The position numbers and the translations under genes were made by a program. This document shows, one piece after another, positions 8,990-16,427 of a stretch of DNA of 64,000 bases. The stretch spans positions 1-64,000 of IMG/VR virus record IMGVR_UViG_3300023184_000094; one strand, given 5' to 3'. Source of the DNA: a virus. The notes beneath the pieces are model-generated. The model saw only the letters and a list, made by a program, of their open reading frames with translations. It did not search any database and was not told where the DNA came from. The first letter of the stretch is position 1, and every line of letters begins with the position of its first letter.

Positions 8990-9434
8990 TTTAAGATGTC
9001 TGCGACATCTGCATTTCGCTTGCGCTCATGCTTTTCTTTCTATTCTAATTAACTTTGACTCTTACTATGATTAATGTAAGCTCTTAATGCTTTATCTAGA
9101 TCCTTCAGTCACAATTTACCTACTACAGGCAAATTGCAACGATGAACTTTATCTGAGTCCTGTTCGCACACTAACTAGAAGAGATTGCATTCACTTGCAC
9201 GGAGGCGGTCAGCCGGTACCCCCTACTCTAGATTTATCTGGCGGTAGCTCACATAGCCGTAGTTAGCCAACTATGTTTTTGCTCTCAGGTTGGTTTGTTT
9301 CAGAGCCTGAATCTTTTGGTTTTTACACCTAATTGATTGCCGTGTCGTCCTGTGTGTAGTCTTCTCTACACGTTCCAAGTAGGCATAACCTACCATCTCC
9401 TCAGGACACAGAAATACATCTGCATCATTGACTG
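8990..9434 (-). ncRNA. Candidate large structured non-coding RNA (family not recognised)
   Basis: ORF-free ~445 nt in a gene-dense genome with at least 7 helices; helix mismatches are A.C on + and thus G-U on -, favouring a minus-strand RNA. Confidence 0.6.
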
Positions 9435-9869
9435 TTATTTGTTAATTTTTAAATCTTTAACGGAATTCTTACCTAGTCTGATCTGGATGATGCCATTGTA
9501 GTTGTTTTCACGCAACAATACATCTTCCTTGAACTGGTAATAGGCTTCCAAGTAGTTAGTTTCGCCACGTGACTCACATAGATGTATGATTTCACGAGTG
9601 AACTTGTCCTTGCCTAGTCGGTCTATGTCTGCTTGGAGTCTGGGACTTGAGCCCCAGTATTCTTTCCAATCAGTTTCGACAGTTTCCCTGCGCTTGTTTT
9701 TCTTGCCTTTTAGAGGTGGTCTCTTTTTGATGGTTTTGAAGTATTTCCTGCCAACATAATCATAGCCGTTGACAGTGTTAGTTATTCTGTAGATAAAGCC
9801 ATAATATTCATTGATATCCTCAGACTCAAAGGGTTTACCACGATAAGTCCAAGGATAATCATAGGTCAT
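9435..9869 (-). CDS. GIY-YIG family endonuclease (Seg-like, catalytic domain only)
   Basis: GFIYRITN...YVGRK, YWGSS, F.REII, conserved E (NYLEA) and NYN motifs; 144 aa. Confidence 0.8.
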   Translation of the reverse strand: MTYDYPWTYRGKPFESEDINEYYGFIYRITNTVNGYDYVGRKYFKTIKKRPPLKGKKNKRRETVETDWKEYWGSSPRLQADIDRLGKDKFTREIIHLCESRGETNYLEAYYQFKEDVLLRENNYNGIIQIRLGKNSVKDLKINK

Positions 9870-9870
9870 A

Positions 9871-10056
9871 TTACTTGCCTGTCATTGCATTTTTCTTATC
9901 TTGGATTTCTGCACGTCTAGCTTTGGCTAGTTTAGCTAGATCACCTAGTGCGCCACGAGCACGTGCCGCTGAAGCTTTAACGCCTTTGCCTTCAAATTTT
10001 TCTGATTCTGCTTTGTATAACTCAACTGCTGCTAAAATATCGTCATGAATTGCCAT
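9871..10056 (-). CDS. Small basic protein resembling the histone-H1-like Hc1 family
   Basis: 61 aa with KGVKASAARAR.AL..L.KLAK..R pattern; AAGGAA RBS. Confidence 0.6.
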   Translation of the reverse strand: MAIHDDILAAVELYKAESEKFEGKGVKASAARARGALGDLAKLAKARRAEIQDKKNAMTGK

Positions 10057-10078
10057 GTTTACTTTTCCTTTTTAAAAA

Positions 10079-10276
10079 TTATACTACCGATCTTGCCTGT
10101 TTCCTAGCGATTTCTTTACTAATCTTTGCCTTGTCTTTTTTGCGTTGTGTTTTATCTATTAATGCTGTTAATTGTGTTAGGTTTAACGGTCTTAATCTAG
10201 GTTTGCCACTTTTATATTGTAGTGGATGATTGTGTCTTTTACTTGGATGAACTCTTGCTGTTGCTCCGCCTGCCAT
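10079..10276 (-). CDS. Small basic hypothetical protein
   Basis: 65 aa, Lys/Arg-rich; AGGAG RBS. Confidence 0.7.
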   Translation of the reverse strand: MAGGATARVHPSKRHNHPLQYKSGKPRLRPLNLTQLTALIDKTQRKKDKAKISKEIARKQARSVV

Positions 10277-10285
10277 ATTACTCCT

Positions 10286-11299
10286 TTACCATTCGGTTGC
10301 GTATTGTTGATTTACCACTGATATATTACATTTAGTCTTACATTCGGTCCAGGAAAAATTTTCAAATTTCTCGTCCCAGAACGCATCTTTCAACACAAGA
10401 TCTAGTGGTTTTTTGTTTAAATTAAAACTCCGACCTAGGTCTAACCATTCATTATTATGTGAATAACGATTAGCTACCCAACAACAAGGAAAGAAATCCC
10501 CTTGGCTGTTGATGAATAAACCTTTGGAGCCAATACCACACAAGGCTTTAACACCATTTATTTCTTTAGCTGATTGGTATAATCTTAGATTAGTCGCATG
10601 CCCTACGGTGGATTCCGTTCGTCCAGAAAGATTTATAATTTCTCGTTGGAATCTATAATTACTACTGATTAATTCATCACGGGGCTGTAACTGGTCATTT
10701 TCGGGATATGCTGAATAAATCTTATGAAATTTAGTGCTACGGGTAATTTGAAACTGATCAAATCTCAATTTCCTTGCCAACTGCTCCATGTCTTTTAATC
10801 GATCTTGGTTAAAACTAAAAGCAATAGCGTCCCAGGTCATGTATGTATCACTGACAAATCTAAATGCAATAATGCCTGCTGTAATACTACTCCAATCACT
10901 GTTGATTCTGTATTGCTCATTACTAGTTTGATCCCAGCCATCTAAACTAAAATGTATGTGATCATTATGATCTAATACAACGCCTAGCTGTTGCCACCAC
11001 TCAATACTTTTATAGCTTCCATTGGTAATAATAACAAACTTAATTGGTTTAACGCTCTTAAAGTATTTGATTACATCTATTAGATCATGTGCGTAGATAG
11101 GATCTCCGTCATCACCACAGAATGTAATCTTTTCTACATTATTCTGGATAAACTCTGGAGTAAAATTTCTTTTAAAGAAATCTAGTTTAAGTTCGGTGTT
11201 GACTAGGGTATCAGGAACTTCTGTGCGAGCACAACGTGGACACTTCAAGGTACACTTACTTGATATTTCTATGTGCCAATGCCACGTTGCTAGTTTCAT
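10286..11299 (-). CDS. Radical SAM protein with C-terminal twitch/SPASM-like domain
   Basis: CTLKCPRC (CxxxCxxC), CGDDGDP, ITNGS, FSLDG, C-terminal C...FPCCW...CKTKC. Confidence 0.88.
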   Translation of the reverse strand: MKLATWHWHIEISSKCTLKCPRCARTEVPDTLVNTELKLDFFKRNFTPEFIQNNVEKITFCGDDGDPIYAHDLIDVIKYFKSVKPIKFVIITNGSYKSIEWWQQLGVVLDHNDHIHFSLDGWDQTSNEQYRINSDWSSITAGIIAFRFVSDTYMTWDAIAFSFNQDRLKDMEQLARKLRFDQFQITRSTKFHKIYSAYPENDQLQPRDELISSNYRFQREIINLSGRTESTVGHATNLRLYQSAKEINGVKALCGIGSKGLFINSQGDFFPCCWVANRYSHNNEWLDLGRSFNLNKKPLDLVLKDAFWDEKFENFSWTECKTKCNISVVNQQYATEW

Positions 11300-13068
11300 G
11301 TAATATCGATATCCGTATTATAGCTGGTAAATCCGTTTTCTTTTACAACGGTAAGAACATTATTCACACGACCACCTAGTTCATCTCTATGTGATACTAG
11401 CCAAATTGATTTATGTGCATCACGCGACATCTTCTTAAGGATAGCCATGGCATTCTCTACACCCGACGCATCCATGCCCGAATCAATCAATTCATCGATG
11501 AATAACAAGTTGATAGGTTGATATAAACTTTCCCACACATCACGGAAGCTCCACGATAAGGAAAGTATAAGTCTATTACGTTCACCACGGCTTAGATTGT
11601 CAAAGTCTAGCTCACGTCCTAGTTCAGTGATGTTGACGCTTAGGTCATTCATAAACACCACGGTATGGGGTAAGCCAATACGGTCAAGATATTGGCTCAG
11701 TCTGGCGTTCAAGTAGCTCAGATTTTGATCGATGATTCTCTTACGGATATAAGAATCTTTATTAGTTAATAGCTTGTATAGGAATTCCTGATGATCTTTG
11801 ACACGGCTAAGTTCATTCATCTTAGTATAATCAATTTCAGCAAGTGCAGTGGCCTTCATATCTGCGATCTGTTCAGTGTAAGGATCATCCTCTGCTGTCT
11901 TGCTGGTGATCTGTTCTTGTATGCTAGCGATACTACTACGATGTTGGATAGCATCACCTTCATTATCATAGAATGTGTTGGGCATAGATCCTAGCTCACC
12001 CAATTCTTGTTTTGCTAGGATCAATGCTTCTAAATCTCCAGCGTGAATACCTTGCTGTATTTCTGCATCACGAAGTTTGCTTTCTTTGATGGCTAATAGT
12101 TCAATATGTTTTTCATCATGTAAATCTTGTTTACAAGTATTACACTTATGTTCACGTAGAGTAGCAATATCACCTGTTAAGTTGGCGATACCTTTGACTT
12201 CACGAGATAGGTCCTGCTCACTACGTGCTATGGCTTTGTCTAAATCTGTAATGTCTTTACGTTTTTGATTATAAGTTGATAATTCTTTATGTGCGGCTAT
12301 CTCCGCGTCAATATCTAATTTAAGTAATTCATCTAATGCTGTCTGTAATTTAGCGACATCATCTTTACGTTTAGTTAACCACAACATCTGACGACGCTGT
12401 GTGGCTTCAATCTGTTCTTCAATACGCTTATTGGCATCAGTCACTGCCTTGATGTTGGCTTCTTCCTGTTGTATGGCGTCCTTTGTAGCCTTACTCTGCT
12501 CTTTGAGTGCTTCTGCCTTCTCACTCAATAAAGTAATACCCAACAGTTGCTCGATTATAGCACGTTGATCGTTTGGCTTTAATGCTAGGAATGGTTCTGT
12601 GTATGTATTCAGAGCCACCACGTGCTTGAACATCTCATGACTCATGCCCAATAAACGTTCAATCTCTTGTTGCGTTTCTCTGCTGTCGCCTTGACTGTTG
12701 TCGTCTTTGGCTTCTTGTTCCTGTTCACCGATATAGAATTTCAATACATTAGGCTTACGACCACGTTCAATCTTATAGTCGATACCATTGACCTCAAATT
12801 CGATAGTGACCAACATGGCCTTGGTATTGGTTTTGTTTACAAGATTATCTTTACGTATGTTAGTAAGTGCTGTTCCATATAAGGCATAGCTAAGAGCATT
12901 GATGATCGTAGTTTTACCTGTGCCATTTCTGGCACCAGTATCGTCACCACCCAGGTCGATATTTTCACCCAAGACTAATGTAAGGTCTTTACGGTCAAAG
13001 TTAACAGCCTGGGTGCTATTACCCACGCTCATAAAGTTTTTAACTGTGAGATATTTTATCTTGAACAA
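11296..13068 (-). CDS. gp46: Recombination endonuclease subunit (SbcC/Rad50-like ATPase)
   Basis: KNFMSVGN, Walker A NGTGKTT, CNTC zinc hook, signature LSRGE, Walker B LLFIDE, LVSH. Confidence 0.95.
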   Translation of the reverse strand: MFKIKYLTVKNFMSVGNSTQAVNFDRKDLTLVLGENIDLGGDDTGARNGTGKTTIINALSYALYGTALTNIRKDNLVNKTNTKAMLVTIEFEVNGIDYKIERGRKPNVLKFYIGEQEQEAKDDNSQGDSRETQQEIERLLGMSHEMFKHVVALNTYTEPFLALKPNDQRAIIEQLLGITLLSEKAEALKEQSKATKDAIQQEEANIKAVTDANKRIEEQIEATQRRQMLWLTKRKDDVAKLQTALDELLKLDIDAEIAAHKELSTYNQKRKDITDLDKAIARSEQDLSREVKGIANLTGDIATLREHKCNTCKQDLHDEKHIELLAIKESKLRDAEIQQGIHAGDLEALILAKQELGELGSMPNTFYDNEGDAIQHRSSIASIQEQITSKTAEDDPYTEQIADMKATALAEIDYTKMNELSRVKDHQEFLYKLLTNKDSYIRKRIIDQNLSYLNARLSQYLDRIGLPHTVVFMNDLSVNITELGRELDFDNLSRGERNRLILSLSWSFRDVWESLYQPINLLFIDELIDSGMDASGVENAMAILKKMSRDAHKSIWLVSHRDELGGRVNNVLTVVKENGFTSYNTDIDIT

Positions 13069-13069
13069 A

Positions 13070-14086
13070 TTATAGGTGCCTATAGATATCTAATAATAAA
13101 TTAGGATCGTAATGATCACTGGCGATATTAGTTAGTTGACTGGTCACGATACTGTCGATACTTTCAAATTTAATATTACCTAGCATGATGTCTGTACCAA
13201 TGTCTGCATTCTTAACTGGTAATAATGTTAGTTCACGTAGTTGGTAAGTGCCAACAAATGTTTCTTTAATGAACGTTGCTTCTTCATAACTGATATCAAT
13301 GTCTAGGTTAACACGACAGTGCATGTTTGGTAATAGTAATGCTTCTGGGGTTCTAAGAACATCACTGAGATTCAACACACGATATCTAGGTTGTCCTGGC
13401 CAAGTATGGAACACAGGCTCTTGCCCCCACTCTAAGATCATCATGCCACGAGCATCATCACCAGCGTCGGCATAGTTATGTGGAAAACAATTACCCATAT
13501 AGGTAATATTCCCACGTGTCTGACGTTTGTGAAAGTGTCCAGTGAATACCTTCTCTACACCATTGAATGCACCTTCTTTGATCTCTCCGGTGTCGGGCAT
13601 AGCTACCATGGCATTCATATAGAAGTGTGGTAGTTCTAGATGTCCAAACATATATTTGGCTGAAATCTTACCCAGCTTCTTATGATCATCACCAACTAGC
13701 CAAGGAACGATACTGACATCACCTTCACTATAGAAGTCGTTGATGATCTCAATGTTGGGAATATGACGTGCCCATTCGGCACTTTGAATATCACGCTTGT
13801 CACGATAGTATAAGTCATGATTGCCCGGAATAAAGAACACACGATCAAAGGCCTTGCCCAATAATTCTAAGGCGGTAAGACTATAATTCAGGGTGACTAT
13901 GTTGATAGCGGCACGATTGTTATGCCAATCACCTGTCATGAAACAGGTATCACAGCCCTCAGCTTTGGCGGTTTCTATAAACCATTTGACAAAGTTAAGA
14001 CAATCGTCGTTGTGTGTGGCGCTGTTAGACTTTAATCCAAAATGAATGTCAGTCAGAACAGCCGCTTTCTTGAATAGATTAGCCAT
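13070..14086 (-). CDS. gp47: Recombination endonuclease subunit (SbcD/Mre11-like)
   Basis: Metallophosphoesterase motifs TDIHFG, GD, PGNHD, FGHLE, TGHFH; adjacent to gp46. Confidence 0.95.
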   Translation of the reverse strand: MANLFKKAAVLTDIHFGLKSNSATHNDDCLNFVKWFIETAKAEGCDTCFMTGDWHNNRAAINIVTLNYSLTALELLGKAFDRVFFIPGNHDLYYRDKRDIQSAEWARHIPNIEIINDFYSEGDVSIVPWLVGDDHKKLGKISAKYMFGHLELPHFYMNAMVAMPDTGEIKEGAFNGVEKVFTGHFHKRQTRGNITYMGNCFPHNYADAGDDARGMMILEWGQEPVFHTWPGQPRYRVLNLSDVLRTPEALLLPNMHCRVNLDIDISYEEATFIKETFVGTYQLRELTLLPVKNADIGTDIMLGNIKFESIDSIVTSQLTNIASDHYDPNLLLDIYRHL

Positions 14087-14092
14087 AGTTAT

Positions 14093-14121
14093 AGTATACG
14101 TGAGTTAAGAGTAAAGTGCAA
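14093..14121 (-). promoter_or_regulatory. Sigma70-type promoter for gp47-gp46 (TTGCAC-N17-TATACT)
   Basis: -35/-10 with 17-nt spacer; the -10 box ends 6 nt before the gp47 ATG, implying a leaderless mRNA. Confidence 0.65.
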
Positions 14122-14136
14122 ATCTTATATTGCCGA

Positions 14137-15018
14137 TTATTCTTCGTAGTGTCCACCACCAGCACCCCAGTCGCCTTGACGTGTGTAGCTTGGTGAATAA
14201 TTGTTCATCTCTAAAATATCATCACGGATATTTTGATTTCGTTTTTCTATGTTTAATACACGAGTGAAACTATTTGTGATAGCCGCTGTGTAATAAGCAA
14301 ATGGATTTTGACTTTTTGCTTCGTCAAACTGTAGACCAATTTGGCTTAATTGTAGCAATGCTTGACTGCGCATTTCGTCGTTGTAAGTATACCCACGCCA
14401 GTTTGATCTAGTAGCATATCGTTCACATAGTTTAATAAACATATGAGCCAGTTTAGCAGTCATAGTGCCGTGATCTTTACTAAACTTGCCTTTTTCAACC
14501 CCATCTTTCCAGTGGCTTTTACCTACACAGATAGGAGTTAATTCTTCTGTAACTTGATAATGTTGAAACGGTGGAAAGTTAACCTTGGTATATTTGGTTG
14601 CACCCTTGACCACAACTGGTTCGTCATATTCAGTTTCAAAATTTTCTTCATCAGCATCATACTCTTCTTGTGCTTTAAGATCAGCTTTTTTCTGTTTAAC
14701 GTCGTCGATCGGTATATGTTCCCAGGTCATGACGCGGAATACTACATCAGTTATGGGAATATCTTTAGTGGGGGTCAAGAATTCATCTAATTTACGTTTA
14801 TTGCCTAACAGTAGTTCTGCTTCTTGTGCTTCTTTGGCCAGACGTTCTGCACGCATCTTGCGAGCTTCCTGCACTGCTTTTTTAGTAATCTTGTCAACGC
14901 CAAGGACAATCATGTCATAACTTTTTACTTCATCGCTGATAAAACTACAATATGTCAGTTTACTCTTGTGTATTTCCTTAAGAATATCTTTATTGTTTAG
15001 ATAATTTACCTTTCTCAT
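14137..15018 (-). CDS. gp55: Late transcription sigma factor
   Basis: YLNNK N-terminus, RSNWRGYTYNDEM, FDEAKSQNPFAYYT...NSF.R motifs; next to gp47/gp46 as in T4-like phages. Confidence 0.9.
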   Translation of the reverse strand: MRKVNYLNNKDILKEIHKSKLTYCSFISDEVKSYDMIVLGVDKITKKAVQEARKMRAERLAKEAQEAELLLGNKRKLDEFLTPTKDIPITDVVFRVMTWEHIPIDDVKQKKADLKAQEEYDADEENFETEYDEPVVVKGATKYTKVNFPPFQHYQVTEELTPICVGKSHWKDGVEKGKFSKDHGTMTAKLAHMFIKLCERYATRSNWRGYTYNDEMRSQALLQLSQIGLQFDEAKSQNPFAYYTAAITNSFTRVLNIEKRNQNIRDDILEMNNYSPSYTRQGDWGAGGGHYEE

Positions 15019-15046
15019 GGGTTACGGGTTCCTTTTAACTACTACT

Positions 15047-15075
15047 ATTATAATACCTATAAATACTAAGAACAA
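15047..15075 (-). promoter_or_regulatory. Sigma70-type promoter for gp55 (TTGTTC-N17-TATAAT)
   Basis: Perfect -10, partial -35, 17-nt spacer; upstream of the AAGGAA RBS of gp55. Confidence 0.55.
15058..15065 (+). promoter_or_regulatory. T4-type late promoter TATAAATA for the baseplate operon
   Basis: Exact consensus 24 nt upstream of ATG 15090. Confidence 0.8.
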
Positions 15076-15089
15076 GAGGTATTTTAAAA

Positions 15090-16121
15090 ATGGCACTAAA
15101 TTTAGGCGGCATCTTTAGTCAATCTAACAGTCTAGCTCCCGGAGAATCCGGTGGAATCCCAGGTAGTAATACTGTGTTTGATCTGCTGAATCCTAGTAAA
15201 GCTCGCAGTGCTATCAGCGGACTTCTACCAGGTGGTACTAGCAGTTTGGCTAAAGCCGTGCCTAATATTGGATTTCAAAATGCTTCAGGATCTGGCGGAG
15301 CCACTGCTGCTGCCGAAGACGATTGGCGTGTGCGTGTAAGTCTAGCCGCTGGTGCGGGTATATTCTATCAAGATCCTACACTGTTACCAAATGCTTTGAT
15401 GTATCCTTTATTAGAAACCAATGGTGTTATTTGGCCATATGTTCCACAGATCAGTGTAACACATCAAGCCAACTATACTTCAGCTGCCCTTACACATAGT
15501 AATTATCCCGCACACTTTTATAACAATTCAGAAGTGGCAGACATACAGGTATCGGGAGAATTTACCGTTCAAAGTCCTGCAGACGGACAATATCTAATGG
15601 CGGCTATATACTTTTTCCGTGCATCAACCAAAATGTTTTTTGGACAAGGTGCAAACGTAGGTAATCCACCACCAATAGTATTCTTAGATGGTTACGGTAG
15701 CCACTATTTCCCGCACGTGCCTTGTGTGATCACATCATTCCAACACACCATGCCAGCAGAAGTAGATTACCTACAAGTGCCGATCAGCAAAACTACATTA
15801 ACTGAATCAGCCGCGTCAGCACCAGCTGGACCAAACAGTGCAGTTGATCTAGCAACTAATAGTATCACAGGCGCCAACTATGAAACATATACCCCGGCTT
15901 TACTAGATTCTAGCAAAGAAGGAACCAAGGCAACCACGGCACCCACATTAGCATATAACACAATAACAACAACTACTCGTGTACCAGCAGTCAGCACTAT
16001 AGCAGTGACCTTGCGTCCAATTTACAGTCGTAAAAATCTACACGAACGCTTTGATCTTAACAAGTTTGCCAATGGTGACTTATTAGCAGACAACGACAAA
16101 GGATTTGGAGGATTTATCTAA
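15090..16121 (+). CDS. Baseplate/tail tube initiator-like structural protein
   Basis: First gene of the baseplate operon; WPYVPQI, GNPPPIVFLDGYG, VPCVITSF motifs resemble tube-initiator (gp48/54-like) proteins. Confidence 0.55.
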   Translation: MALNLGGIFSQSNSLAPGESGGIPGSNTVFDLLNPSKARSAISGLLPGGTSSLAKAVPNIGFQNASGSGGATAAAEDDWRVRVSLAAGAGIFYQDPTLLPNALMYPLLETNGVIWPYVPQISVTHQANYTSAALTHSNYPAHFYNNSEVADIQVSGEFTVQSPADGQYLMAAIYFFRASTKMFFGQGANVGNPPPIVFLDGYGSHYFPHVPCVITSFQHTMPAEVDYLQVPISKTTLTESAASAPAGPNSAVDLATNSITGANYETYTPALLDSSKEGTKATTAPTLAYNTITTTTRVPAVSTIAVTLRPIYSRKNLHERFDLNKFANGDLLADNDKGFGGFI

Positions 16122-16423
16122 TGGCAGTTACATATTCAAGGACCAGTCCTTACGCTAACACCGACATCTATGGTTTCTTTTTAGATGTGGCTAATATTCC
16201 CGCTATACCGATTGACCCAAAAGATGTGGAATATCAGATTGACGCTATCTATCAAAGTCGCCCTGATCTACTAGCATTTGACTTATATGGTGACCCATCA
16301 TTATGGTGGGTATTTGCTATACGTAATCCAAATGTCCTACAAGACCCTATATTTGATTTCCAACCTGGCGTCACTATCTATGTGCCGCAGAAACAGAATT
16401 TAACCTCAGCATTGGGACTATAG
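16121..16423 (+). CDS. Baseplate wedge protein, gp53/LysM-like
   Basis: RPDLLAFDLYGDPSLWWVFA..N motif typical of gp53-like proteins. Confidence 0.8.
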   Translation: MAVTYSRTSPYANTDIYGFFLDVANIPAIPIDPKDVEYQIDAIYQSRPDLLAFDLYGDPSLWWVFAIRNPNVLQDPIFDFQPGVTIYVPQKQNLTSALGL

Positions 16424-16427
16424 GTAG

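Noticed and set aside
8990-9869. Group I intron carrying a GIY-YIG homing endonuclease
   Set aside because: A weak S-like string (AGATAAAGTTC) exists, but flanking genes look intact, no split exons are evident and I could not identify the P3-P7 core; not excluded without an Infernal search.
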